From positions 12,553-76,552 of the forward strand of contig WRBV01000005.1 of the NCBI GenBank assembly GCA_009784375.1: a stretch of 64,000 bases of DNA. The letters run 5' to 3'. The translations under genes were made by a program, and so were the position numbers. Each line of letters begins with the position of its first letter. Position 1 is the stretch's first letter. Below the pieces are notes generated by a model. That model searched no databases. It was not told the DNA's origin and saw only the letters and a list, made by a program, of their open reading frames with translations. Source of the DNA: Bacillota bacterium (GTDB lineage Bacteria > Bacillota > Clostridia > Christensenellales > UBA1242). This document shows, piece by piece, positions 26,112 to 36,333 of the stretch.

Positions 26112-26582
26112 CTAATTGCCCGAGATTCTATCTTGTAATACTTGCATGAATTCTTGTTTATTTTTTGGCGAGATTGTAGTCCAACCGCATCTTCCTTTTT
26201 TATCCTTGTATCTTACTTTGATACGATCAAGCGAGAATGACATAGAGGAAAGTGCGTTACGAGATTCTTCGATAGAAACAATCCTCTCATATGGTATTGT
26301 CACATCAAATGCAAATCCATACATAATTGTAAGTCCACGTTCGTCCAAGATGTAAATCGGCCTAACAAGCCCAGGTAATATAAAAACAGCAAACAGCATA
26401 AGTATCAATCCAGCCGAAACCGCCAAAGGCACAACAGCCTCGGACCAATTCAACACAATCGCCAATACAAGTAAAACAGGCACAACAGCAAGCCCAACCA
26501 ACAACAATCCAAGCCACCAATCAATTTTTGTTCTGTACTTTAATGTTTCCAATAGTTTTTCCTCCTTATGATATATTATCAT
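26112..26582 (-). CDS. membrane protein with a bacterial PH-like domain
   Basis: Two TM segments are followed by a soluble domain typical of YdbS/YdbT-like proteins. AAGGAGG inside the 5' end suggests a TTG start near 26552. Confidence 0.45.
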   Translation of the reverse strand: MIIYHKEEKLLETLKYRTKIDWWLGLLLVGLAVVPVLLVLAIVLNWSEAVVPLAVSAGLILMLFAVFILPGLVRPIYILDERGLTIMYGFAFDVTIPYERIVSIEESRNALSSMSFSLDRIKVRYKDKKGRCGWTTISPKNKQEFMQVLQDRISGN

Positions 26583-26610
26583 TGTACTTTATAAAAAATC
26601 TTTCATCAAA

Positions 26611-27357
26611 TCAAATTTCTATCACATCGTTATCGCTTGGTACATTGTATCCTTTTTCTTTTAACTCTTCATATACTTCGTCACCCATGTGGATAGGCAT
26701 AATGCGGACATCTTTGTGGTTGTTTTTTAATTCTATAAACATTGGTATATCAAAATGGACTGGGTCAAGACCAGAATTCCGAGGCGGCGCACCAGTCACG
26801 TCAATAAATGCAATGTCAGCCCCCTTTACAAGTCGGTTAATATTATCACTCATAGTGGCATCACCAGTAAACGCAACAACCCTCTCGCCCTTTTTTATTC
26901 GATAACCATATGCATCACAATTCGCGTGATTCATCTTATACGCCGTTATATTATATTCTCCTAGTTCAAAAGTCTCGGCATCGACCGCTTCCAAAATATT
27001 CAGGTTTACATTCTTCATTACATTAGTAAAAAAGAACATGCCTGGCCATGCCATATCGACAAGTGGTTTGTACCTTTCCTCGAAACCTTTTGGTGCAATA
27101 ATATTTAATTGCTGTTTACGTTTAACTCTATTGAACTCCCAAAGTAAGACAAACATGTCATAATCATGATCGGCGTGATAATGCGATATGATTATCGTAG
27201 CAATTTTTCCAAAGTCTATATTATCTTGCCTCAGTTTTCTGACAAGACCATTTGGACAATCAAACAAAATGCGGTCGTCTATCATTGCACATGCACTAAA
27301 GCTCTTAGATACAAGCGCACCAGTTCCATAAAGTTTAACCTTCATTGTTTCTTTCAT
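26611..27357 (-). CDS. MBL-fold metallo-hydrolase
   Basis: HYHADHDYD (HxHxDH) and downstream His/Asp ligands. Confidence 0.8.
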   Translation of the reverse strand: MKETMKVKLYGTGALVSKSFSACAMIDDRILFDCPNGLVRKLRQDNIDFGKIATIIISHYHADHDYDMFVLLWEFNRVKRKQQLNIIAPKGFEERYKPLVDMAWPGMFFFTNVMKNVNLNILEAVDAETFELGEYNITAYKMNHANCDAYGYRIKKGERVVAFTGDATMSDNINRLVKGADIAFIDVTGAPPRNSGLDPVHFDIPMFIELKNNHKDVRIMPIHMGDEVYEELKEKGYNVPSDNDVIEI

Positions 27358-27363
27358 ACTATT

Positions 27364-28098
27364 TTATACCTCCACAATCTCGCCATCCATTGGAAAGAAA
27401 ACGTTTTTTAAGTCTGTTGGTGGCTCCCATTCTTTTCTATGTACACAGAAAAAATTCTTTTCTGGATATGTACTTGCAAATACTTTAATTTGGTCAAGCC
27501 CAAGATGTCTACGTTCGTCTTTTGCCACAACATGGGCACAATCAACAATCCAAGCATCAGCAAGTGGTAAATTCTCGACCAAAGCATCACAAAGCGCAGT
27601 ATCTCCAGTACATCCAAACTTTTTACCACCAGTTTCAAGCACATATCCCTTTGCATATTTGCTATGCCCATGCCAGGCGTTAAATGCCTTCACAGACAAA
27701 TACTCATCTTTATAAGCCTCATTATTATCTAGCTCGACAATTTTAATTGTATCCAATGCAAAATAACGCATCTTGCCATCATACAATACGTCATCTTCAA
27801 AAGTTACAAGCTTGTATAACTCTTCTAAAAAACGCCACAAACCTTTCGGACCTATAATTGTAAGTGGTAATTTATCTTTCATTTCAGAACGCCTATAAAG
27901 AAACAGCGCCAAATCTCCCACATGATCATTGTGAAAGTGGCTTATGATAATTGTGCGAATTTTGTCGACAAGTCCATATTCCTTTAAAACATTCACCGTT
28001 CCATAACCGATATCAAAAAGTATCTGGTCATCAATTACATACGATGAAAGCCTACGCTCGGTCTGTGCCGCACCAGTTCCGACAAAAGTTAGTTTCAT
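27364..28098 (-). CDS. MBL-fold metallo-hydrolase, paralog
   Basis: HFHNDHVGD motif. GAGGAGG RBS and ATG 28098 overlap the GNAT stop (ATGA). Confidence 0.8.
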   Translation of the reverse strand: MKLTFVGTGAAQTERRLSSYVIDDQILFDIGYGTVNVLKEYGLVDKIRTIIISHFHNDHVGDLALFLYRRSEMKDKLPLTIIGPKGLWRFLEELYKLVTFEDDVLYDGKMRYFALDTIKIVELDNNEAYKDEYLSVKAFNAWHGHSKYAKGYVLETGGKKFGCTGDTALCDALVENLPLADAWIVDCAHVVAKDERRHLGLDQIKVFASTYPEKNFFCVHRKEWEPPTDLKNVFFPMDGEIVEV

Positions 28099-28652
28099 TT
28101 TACCTCCTCGCAAAGTATTGCATACGTGGCACAATCTGCACGAGAATTTGTGTTATTAGATGTACCTTTACGCCTTATCCCCTCAAAAGTCATTCCAGCT
28201 TTTTGCATTACGCGCCCACTTGCTTTGTTTTCTATATCATGTTTTGCCTCAATTCGTAGCGCCAAATCATTACCTACTACATACTTAAACATACCTACAA
28301 GTGCCTCGGTCATAAAACCTTTGCCTTGGTGTTGCGGATTCATGATATAGCCAATCTCGATAGAACGCCCAGCGTTTTCCTTGTAACCAACAAAACCGAT
28401 TGATCCAATTACTTTGCCAGTAATCTTTTGCTCAATCGCAAAATCTATCTCTGTTTGCAAATCTCCATTAGCAAATTGAGAATACGATTCATTCATAGAT
28501 TTAATTCTTGAAACGGCATCATCTAAAGACATATACGCAGGAAACCGCAGAAACCTGGTCACTTCATTATCGGATGCATATTCATAAAGGTCATGGGCAT
28601 CTTTTTCATGCCATCGTCGAATTAAAAGTCTTTCTGTTTCGTATATATTCAT
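28095..28652 (-). CDS. GNAT family N-acetyltransferase (RimJ/RimL-like)
   Basis: TERLLIRRW...D...L N-terminus and a GKGF acetyl-CoA loop. Length 185 aa. Confidence 0.8.
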   Translation of the reverse strand: MNIYETERLLIRRWHEKDAHDLYEYASDNEVTRFLRFPAYMSLDDAVSRIKSMNESYSQFANGDLQTEIDFAIEQKITGKVIGSIGFVGYKENAGRSIEIGYIMNPQHQGKGFMTEALVGMFKYVVGNDLALRIEAKHDIENKASGRVMQKAGMTFEGIRRKGTSNNTNSRADCATYAILCEEVK

Positions 28653-28821
28653 AAATTTTCCTAAGTAATTATACGTGAATTTACTTAAGATTGGCTAGCT
28701 TATTTCGCTTGGAGTAACTTGCAAAAACCCTTACCATAATAACTTTCTATAATGTTGAATTATTCACAGAGGATTGCTATATAGGTATTTTCTATATGGG
28801 ATGACCTGACCTTCACCTCTT

Positions 28822-29095
28822 TTTCCACATTACTTACCAGTTATCCACATATATCTGATGGTTTTCCACAATATGTTGCAGTTATACACATCAAACACAC
28901 AATATGTTGTATTTTCCATATAACTTACTACAGAAAAACCACGCCCACAAATCCGTCAATTTGCCATACAATTCTGTCTAAAAATACAGAAATAAAGATA
29001 TTTATCCACTAGATATAGTGTATTATGTCATACACACCACAATATTTAATTTATTTCTACTAATTACTGTATAAAAACATTCATTTTTCCCACAC
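28822..29095 (+). promoter_or_regulatory. cluster of same-orientation DnaA-box-like 9-mers
   Basis: Perfect TTATCCACA at 28842-28850. One-mismatch boxes at 28822, 28863, 28883 and 29003. Two-mismatch boxes at 28913 and 29087. An AT-rich stretch lies at 29040-29090. Confidence 0.4.
28867..28913. promoter_or_regulatory. tandem pair of NrdR-box-like 16-bp palindromes
   Basis: CCACAATATGTTGCAG (28867-28882) and ACACAATATGTTGTAT (28898-28913), with centres 31 bp apart. Both keep all six strongly conserved positions of acaCwAtATaTwGtgt. Confidence 0.35.
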
Positions 29096-29102
29096 TACAC
29101 AC

Positions 29103-29894
29103 ATGACAAATATCATATTGCGAGTCATCATTATATACTTAATCGTCATATTTCTTATGAGACTTATGGGAAAGCGCCAAATCGGAGAGATGGAACCTTT
29201 TGAATTGGTAATCACACTTATAATTGCAGACTTGGCAACCATACCAATGGCAGAACAAACAATTCCTATTTGGTACGGAATTGTCCCACTTTTCGCCATA
29301 GCAATAGTGCATTTTATCATAAGCTTTATAACCAACAAGAGTACAGTCATGCGAGATATCATAAGCGGAAAGCCAGTTATCGTAGTAGACCAAGGAAAAA
29401 TCGACCTAAAAGAATTAAAAAATCTTAACATGAGCTGTGAGGAGCTTACCGAACAACTCCGAAACCTGGATTATTTCGACATTGGCGATATAAACTATGC
29501 AATCGTAGAAAGAAGCGGAAAAATCACCGTCATTCCAAAAACAGACTCTCTACCAACAACTCGCGAGGACTTGAAAATTAAAACAGCAGAAACCGATATA
29601 TTCTATTGCATAGTCGAAAATGGTAAAATAATTAAACGTAATTTTAAAGAATTAAACATCGGACACAAAATAGAGGGTATCATGCACGACATAATACACA
29701 ATATGTTGTGTACAAGAGAAGAGCTCATATTCGCACACCTAAGCTCCAGCGGCGATATCTATGCACAAAAAAAGGGCGGCTCAATCGAAAGCTTTAAAAT
29801 CAAGCTTCCACAAGAACCGCAGCCAGATGAAAATGAATTATCACCACTAGACGAATCAAGGCTTGCAAATAAAAAATTACGAGGTGTAAAATGA
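29103..29894 (+). CDS. DUF421 (YetF-like) membrane protein
   Basis: LMRLMGKRQIGEMEPFELVITLIIADLA is the characteristic YetF N-terminal pattern. Confidence 0.75.
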   Translation: MTNIILRVIIIYLIVIFLMRLMGKRQIGEMEPFELVITLIIADLATIPMAEQTIPIWYGIVPLFAIAIVHFIISFITNKSTVMRDIISGKPVIVVDQGKIDLKELKNLNMSCEELTEQLRNLDYFDIGDINYAIVERSGKITVIPKTDSLPTTREDLKIKTAETDIFYCIVENGKIIKRNFKELNIGHKIEGIMHDIIHNMLCTREELIFAHLSSSGDIYAQKKGGSIESFKIKLPQEPQPDENELSPLDESRLANKKLRGVK

Positions 29895-30292
29895 TACGAC
29901 TCACCATTGTTCTTGTAATTGCCGCCGCCCTCATAGGTATGGCTATTTTCGAACAACACTTTATTCAAGGATCATATGCAAAACTCGAAGAAAAAAATGA
30001 GGCATTAATCGCAATTATCCAAAAACAAATCGACAACAACGAAGATATAGACACCGAAGACAACATTAAACATGTAACCGACATGTATAATTGGTGGCTT
30101 AAAAAAGAACGACAATTAAGTATGCTAGCAAGACATTTTGACCTGGCTCAAGTTAGCGATTCACTCATCTACGCAAAAAACTTCATCGCATTCAATATCG
30201 AAGAAGAAGCAATGGTAGGACTTCTTAAAATCAGATATCTTATAAAAACACATTCATTCAATATAGGCACAAGCATCCAAAACGTTATTTAA
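29891..30292 (+). CDS. DUF4363-like small membrane-anchored protein
   Basis: N-terminal TM segment, ATGA overlap with the DUF421 gene (the usual partner), and C-terminal ...IQNVI. Confidence 0.55.
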   Translation: MIRLTIVLVIAAALIGMAIFEQHFIQGSYAKLEEKNEALIAIIQKQIDNNEDIDTEDNIKHVTDMYNWWLKKERQLSMLARHFDLAQVSDSLIYAKNFIAFNIEEEAMVGLLKIRYLIKTHSFNIGTSIQNVI

Positions 30293-30342
30293 TACTACAT
30301 GTGGTATTATATGTCGCATAATATACCATATAATGTATTTTG

Positions 30343-33153
30343 TCACAACATTTTCTTAAGAAATCTCCCAGTTTCACTTTCTTTTATATTGGAGATTTGC
30401 TGCGGCGTACCAACCGCCACTATCTTACCGCCTTCATCCCCGCCTTCTGGACCAAGGTCTATTATATGGTCACAAACTTTTATAACATCAAGATTATGTT
30501 CAATGACGACAACCGTGTTGCCTGAATCCACAAGCCTTTGCAAAATTCCTATAAGTTTTTCTGTGTCATATGTGTGAAGCCCTGTAGTTGGCTCGTCCAA
30601 TATATAAATTGTTCTTCCTGTTGCCACCCTTGCAAGCTCGGTTGCCAACTTCACCCGTTGTGCTTCTCCACCACTTAGCGTTGTTGCAGATTGACCTAGC
30701 CTTATGTAACCAAGCCCAACATCCTTGAGTGTCTTGATTTTTTTATAGATGTTAGGAATGTTCTTGAAAAATTCAACCGCCTCATCAACAGTCATCTGCA
30801 GAACATCATATATATTTTTGTCTTTGAATTTAACTTCCAAAGTTTCTTTATTAAAGCGCGCCCCAAGACAAACTTCACATTGAACAAAGATATCTGGCAA
30901 AAAATGCATTTCAATTTTGCGAACACCGTCACCCTCACAATGATCACAACGACCGCCACGGACATTAAATGAAAATCGACCTATTTCATACCCGCGCTCT
31001 TTGGCATCTCTTGTCTGTGCAAAAAGTTCACGGATCGGAGTAAACACACCTGTATACGTAGCTGGATTACTTCGTGGAGTCCTTCCGATTGGCGATTGGT
31101 CAATATTTATCACCTTGTCAAAATGCTCGAAACCCTTAATTTCTGTATACTTACCTGTTTTCTTTACACCTTTATAGATAACGTTGTGAAGTGCTGGATA
31201 CAAAATTTTATTTACAAGACTACTCTTCCCACTTCCCGAAACCCCAGTCACCGATGTCAAAAGCCCAACTGGAATCTTGACATCAATATTTTTAAGGTTA
31301 TTCTCGCATGCACCTATTATTTCAATATATTTTTCTGTTGAAATTCTATATTCTTTTGGCATTTCGATTTTACGTTTGCCACTTAGATATTGTCCTGTCA
31401 AACTTTTTGCACAATTCTTAACTTCGTCAACGGTACCAGCAATTACAAGCTCGCCACCCTGCTTTCCTGCCTTTGGTCCAATATCAACGATAAAATCAGC
31501 ACTTGATATTGTTTCTTCATCATGCTCAACAACAACCAAGGTATTCCCTAGATCACGCAACTTGAAAAGAGTTCCAAGCAACTTTTCATTGTCGCGCTGA
31601 TGTAAACCGATACTTGGCTCGTCAAGAATATATAACACACCCACAAGCCCACTCCCAATTTGAGTCGCAAGGCGAATACGTTGACTCTCTCCACCACTTA
31701 GACTATCTGAATTTCTTGCAAGCGTAAGATAATGCAAACCAACATCAATCAAAAACTTACACCTAGCACGAACCTCCTTAATAATAGGAGCCGCTATTTC
31801 AGTTTTATTCTTCCCAAGCTTTAAATCTTCAAAAAATTCAAAAGATTTCTTTATTGGAAGTGCGGTTAATTCGGCTATATTAAGCCCGCCAACTCGGACA
31901 GCAAGCGCCTCTTTCTTTAGTCTCTTGCCATGGCAAAGTGAACAGGTACTATGAACCATTAACTTGCCAATTTCTTGCTTCATCCAATCACTTTGTGTTT
32001 CTTTATAACGACGCTTTAAGTTTCCAATAACCCCTTCCCAATTACCATGAAACGGTACATCATAAATGCCACGAGAATATTCGTATTTTAGCTTTTCCTC
32101 GCAACCATGCAACAACTTGTGTACTACGTCTTCCGACATATCCATTATCTTGTGGTCAAGACTTATTCCAAAAGTCTGAGCAAATGCAGATAACATCACC
32201 TGAGCAATCTTGCCATTATCCATATTCCAACCACTCGCCACAATTGCACCCTGGTTTAATGTAAGTTCTTTGTTCGGAATAATCTTATTCTCATCAATTT
32301 CCATAGTGAATCCAAGCCCAAGACAATTCGGACAAGCACCAAATGGTGAGTTAAACGAAAATGACCGTGGCTCAAGTTCCTCGATATTTATATCACATCC
32401 AATACATGCATATTTGTTAGAAAAAGTCTTTTGATTCTCACCCGATGTTACGGCAACCAACCCATCTGTCAATCGAAGTGCTGTTTCAATTGCTTCGTTT
32501 AATCTTGTACGCTCTTCGTCCGATACTGTTATCCTATCAACAACTATCGAAATGGTATGGCGGATATTTTTGTCCAATTCAATTGGCTCGTCTAGTGTGA
32601 AAATACTGCCGTCAACCTTTACACGGACATAACCACTTCGCTTCCATGATTCAATTTCTTTTTCGAATCGACCCTTCTGCCCTCTAACCATCGGCGCTTC
32701 AACCATTATCATGCCATCTTTGTGAGCTTTAAAAACTTGGTCGACGATTTGGTCAACACTTTGACGAGTAATCGGCTTGTCGCACTTTGGACAATGCGGT
32801 TCACCAACACGCGCGTATAACAATCTTAAATAGTCATAAATTTCAGTCACCGTACCAACGGTAGAACGTGGGTTATGGTTAGTAGTCTTTTGGTCAATAG
32901 AAATTGCAGGCGACAAACCCTCTATGTATTCGACATTTGGTTTGCTACTCTGCCCCAGAAATTGGCGAGCATAGCTGGAAAGGCTTTCCATAAAACGTCT
33001 TTGTCCCTCGGCAAAAATAGTTCCAAATGCAAGACTCGATTTCCCGCTTCCCGACACACCAGTAAAAACCACGAGTTTATTTCGTGGAATAGTAACGTCA
33101 AGGTTTTTCAAGTTATTTTCACTTGCACCCTTAATAACAATGTTTTGTAGCAT
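30343..33153 (-). CDS. uvrA: excinuclease ABC subunit A
   Basis: 936 aa with two ABC modules (GVSGSGKSS twice, LSGGE twice) and zinc-finger Cys pairs. Confidence 0.95.
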   Translation of the reverse strand: MLQNIVIKGASENNLKNLDVTIPRNKLVVFTGVSGSGKSSLAFGTIFAEGQRRFMESLSSYARQFLGQSSKPNVEYIEGLSPAISIDQKTTNHNPRSTVGTVTEIYDYLRLLYARVGEPHCPKCDKPITRQSVDQIVDQVFKAHKDGMIMVEAPMVRGQKGRFEKEIESWKRSGYVRVKVDGSIFTLDEPIELDKNIRHTISIVVDRITVSDEERTRLNEAIETALRLTDGLVAVTSGENQKTFSNKYACIGCDINIEELEPRSFSFNSPFGACPNCLGLGFTMEIDENKIIPNKELTLNQGAIVASGWNMDNGKIAQVMLSAFAQTFGISLDHKIMDMSEDVVHKLLHGCEEKLKYEYSRGIYDVPFHGNWEGVIGNLKRRYKETQSDWMKQEIGKLMVHSTCSLCHGKRLKKEALAVRVGGLNIAELTALPIKKSFEFFEDLKLGKNKTEIAAPIIKEVRARCKFLIDVGLHYLTLARNSDSLSGGESQRIRLATQIGSGLVGVLYILDEPSIGLHQRDNEKLLGTLFKLRDLGNTLVVVEHDEETISSADFIVDIGPKAGKQGGELVIAGTVDEVKNCAKSLTGQYLSGKRKIEMPKEYRISTEKYIEIIGACENNLKNIDVKIPVGLLTSVTGVSGSGKSSLVNKILYPALHNVIYKGVKKTGKYTEIKGFEHFDKVINIDQSPIGRTPRSNPATYTGVFTPIRELFAQTRDAKERGYEIGRFSFNVRGGRCDHCEGDGVRKIEMHFLPDIFVQCEVCLGARFNKETLEVKFKDKNIYDVLQMTVDEAVEFFKNIPNIYKKIKTLKDVGLGYIRLGQSATTLSGGEAQRVKLATELARVATGRTIYILDEPTTGLHTYDTEKLIGILQRLVDSGNTVVVIEHNLDVIKVCDHIIDLGPEGGDEGGKIVAVGTPQQISNIKESETGRFLKKML

Positions 33154-33207
33154 AACTTGTATTATAGCATATTACTCAACAAAAAACAAGCCAGAGCAAC
33201 CATGGGT

Positions 33208-33904
33208 TTACATAACCGTTATAACATCCAAGTCGCTTGGCACAAATATGTTTCCATCGAAATGCTCTTTAGCTTCTTTTGTGTATCTTCCTTTTCTAGT
33301 TCCTAGAGAACTATCCTCGGTATGCCACATTACCAAATTCTTTGCATTTAAAGTCTTCGCAACTATTGAAGCTTCCTTTACTGTACAATGATTCTTGTCA
33401 TGTGGTTTGAACGTATCCTTTTCACCATCAATGCAATAAGCTTCGTGCAATAGCCAATTACAATTTTTAAACTTTTCATAATTGTCCGTGTGCAACGGTC
33501 TGTCACTTGCAAATACAAGAAAATTATTATTTATATCAAAACCAAAATGGGGCTCTTTCGCAATTACATCAAAAAATCGTACATCCATCCCCTGGATTGT
33601 TTTTACATCACCATTCTTTACAGAAATAAATTTAAATTTGTCAAAGACCTGTTCAAAGCGTTTTGCACTTAGCAAGAGCTTGCAAAGTTGCTTAATTATA
33701 TCTATCACATGTTCGCATCCGTAGATATTCAGACTGTGATCTTTAATCTTTCCAGTATGCATTTTCTCCGCCGTAAATCGAATAACCCAAATTATACCCA
33801 AGACATGATCAATATGAATGCATTCCGTTATTTTCGATAGTGAAACAAGTATTATAACACTCGGTCACACCTGCACTTCCCGTTCCCAATACATGTAACT
33901 TCAT
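33208..33904 (-). pseudogene. decayed MBL-fold hydrolase gene (internal deletion plus frameshift)
   Basis: GGAGGAAGG RBS and ATG 33904 give MKLHVLGTGSAGVTECYNTCFTIENNGMHSY, then TGA at 33809-33811. In the +1 frame CIHIDHVLGIIW... continues to 33208. The roughly 35-40 aa normally found between these parts are missing. Confidence 0.6.
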
Positions 33905-33913
33905 TCCTTCCTC

Positions 33914-35893
33914 CTACCCCTTTTTCAACCTTGCAATTTCTTCACGGAACTTGATTGCCGATTCGAAATCAAGGCTTCGACTTGCAATATGCATAAGTGC
34001 GGTAATCTTTTCAATTTCTTCACGTACTTGTGTTTTCGATAATTTCTTTCCAACTTTTGTATCCTTCTCGGACACATAGAGTGTATTTTGAACTTCTGAA
34101 TATACCGTCTTTGGAGTAATGTTGTGTTTTATATTATATGCATGCTGTAATTCGCGGCGGCGGTTGGTCTCATCAATAGCGTATTGCATACTGTCGGTCA
34201 TTTTGTTAGCATATAAAATTACCCGTGCCTCGGAATTTCGTGCCGCCCGACCAATTGTTTGGATGAGCGCCCTCTTCGAACGGAACAATCCTTCCTTATC
34301 GGCATCCAAAATGGCGACCAATACAACCTCGGGAATATCCAGACCCTCACGCAAAAGATTAATCCCGACAATCACATCAAATTCATCCCGCCGAAGTGCT
34401 GCAATTAATTCAACACGTTCAAGTGTATCAATCTCGCTGTGTAAATAACGAACTCGTACACCCTCACCCGTAAGGTATGCTGTTAAATCCTCTGACATTT
34501 TTTTAGTAAGCGTAGTAACAAGAACCTTGCCACCTACCTTAGTTTGTTTGTCTTTTGTCGCAACAGTTTTCTTAATTTCAACAAGTAAATCCTTGACCTG
34601 GGTCTCTTGTGAACGTATTTCAATAACTGGATCAAGAAGACCTGTTGGTCGAATAATTTGCTCGACCACTTCACCCTTACTTCGCTCTATTTCATATTCG
34701 GCTGGAGTCGCAGACACATATACGGTTTGCCCAAGTCTTTGATTAAATTCATCAAAGTTAAGAGGACGGTTATCATATGCACTTGGCAATCTGAACCCGA
34801 AATCCACAAGGTTGGTCTTTCTTGCACGGTCACCATTGTACATGCCTCGAATTTGCGGGATAGTAATGTGACTCTCATCAATGAAGGTTATAAAATCACG
34901 CGGAAAATATGACATCAATGTATACGGAGGCTCGCCTGCCACGCGCCCATCAAAATAACGGCTGTAATTTTCGATTCCGTTACAATATCCCATCTCGTTC
35001 ATCATTTCGATGTCATAATTGGTTCTTTGCTTTAAACGATGATGCTCGATTTGATGACCCGCGTTTTCAAACTTCTCAAGCTGGGTCGACAAATCCGTTT
35101 TTATATTAAAAATAGCACTTTTCAACTTGTCCCCACCGACCGCATAATGGGATGCTGGGAAAATTGCCACATGGTTCAAAGTCGATATAGTTGTTCCAGT
35201 CAATGCATCAATTTCAAAAATCTTTTCAATCGAATCACCCCAGAACATAACGCGAATTGCAATGGCAGAGCTATGTGCAGGCATTATATCAATTACCTCT
35301 CCCTTTGCACGAAAGGTCGAACGATCCATAACATCATCACCAGCACGTTTATATTGAATTTCGGTCAACTTTCGTATAAGATTAGAGCGACCGAACTCCA
35401 TCCCAGGACGCAGCGAAATGGATAAATCAAAATACTCCTTAGGTGCACCAAGACCGTAAATGCATGACACAGATGCAACAATTATCACATCTCTGCGTTC
35501 AACTAATGCACTTGTTGCACTATGACGAAGCTTGTCAATCTCGTCATTGATGCTCATATCTTTTTCAATAAACGTGTCACTTGCTGGAATATATGCTTCG
35601 GGTTGATAGTAATCATAATAACTTACAAAATACTCTACCCTATTATTCGGAAAGAATTGGCGGAATTCGTTACATAGCTGTGCTGCAAGTGTCTTGTTAT
35701 GTGCTATTACAAGTGCTGGTCTATTCACAGTAGCAATAACATTTGCCATAGTAAAAGTTTTACCCGAACCAGTCACCCCAAGAAGCACTTGGTCTTTTTT
35801 ATCATTCTCAAGATTATTGACCAAATTCGAAATAGCCTCGGGCTGGGAACCCGCGGGTGAATATTTCGAAACAAGTTGGAATTTGTCTTTCAT
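33914..35893 (-). CDS. uvrB: excinuclease ABC subunit B
   Basis: [12 protein letters not shown] helicase motifs and a C-terminal UVR domain. Length 659 aa. Confidence 0.95.
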   Translation of the reverse strand: MKDKFQLVSKYSPAGSQPEAISNLVNNLENDKKDQVLLGVTGSGKTFTMANVIATVNRPALVIAHNKTLAAQLCNEFRQFFPNNRVEYFVSYYDYYQPEAYIPASDTFIEKDMSINDEIDKLRHSATSALVERRDVIIVASVSCIYGLGAPKEYFDLSISLRPGMEFGRSNLIRKLTEIQYKRAGDDVMDRSTFRAKGEVIDIMPAHSSAIAIRVMFWGDSIEKIFEIDALTGTTISTLNHVAIFPASHYAVGGDKLKSAIFNIKTDLSTQLEKFENAGHQIEHHRLKQRTNYDIEMMNEMGYCNGIENYSRYFDGRVAGEPPYTLMSYFPRDFITFIDESHITIPQIRGMYNGDRARKTNLVDFGFRLPSAYDNRPLNFDEFNQRLGQTVYVSATPAEYEIERSKGEVVEQIIRPTGLLDPVIEIRSQETQVKDLLVEIKKTVATKDKQTKVGGKVLVTTLTKKMSEDLTAYLTGEGVRVRYLHSEIDTLERVELIAALRRDEFDVIVGINLLREGLDIPEVVLVAILDADKEGLFRSKRALIQTIGRAARNSEARVILYANKMTDSMQYAIDETNRRRELQHAYNIKHNITPKTVYSEVQNTLYVSEKDTKVGKKLSKTQVREEIEKITALMHIASRSLDFESAIKFREEIARLKKG

Positions 35894-35902
35894 ATCTTAA
35901 TA

Positions 35903-36262
35903 TTATCCAAAAATTTGCCAAAGAGTAAACGTTATCGCAAAACCAAGTAATGTAAGTGCAACCTTCCACCCAACAGATCGCATTCGCTTTTTGCGAATTT
36001 CTTGACGCTCACGCCGCCAAGCCTCACCTCGTAATTTCAATGTCACAACATATACAAGCTGACCTTTATTATCGCTGTTAAAAATATCTATGTATCCATC
36101 AAGAGCCAAATTTTTCATATGTCCATCAAGCTGCTTTGCAGTCAACTCATGCTTTGGCATAAGAAAATGCAAAACCTCTTTAGGCGTAATAAGAACAGTC
36201 TTTTTGCCATGACACTTTTCAAATAAGTAATCCATAATCTTGGCTTCGATACGATTAAGCAT
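35903..36262 (-). CDS. small winged-helix-like protein with a C-terminal TM anchor
   Basis: 119 aa: a soluble N-terminal domain, a basic linker (RRERQEIRKKRMR), then VALTLLGFAITFTLW. Confidence 0.5.
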   Translation of the reverse strand: MLNRIEAKIMDYLFEKCHGKKTVLITPKEVLHFLMPKHELTAKQLDGHMKNLALDGYIDIFNSDNKGQLVYVVTLKLRGEAWRRERQEIRKKRMRSVGWKVALTLLGFAITFTLWQIFG

Positions 36263-36333
36263 AAATATATTATACGCTAAAAAGCCTTATTTGCAAAGGG
36301 AAATGACGGTTAATCTATAAGAAAGCATTTTTT

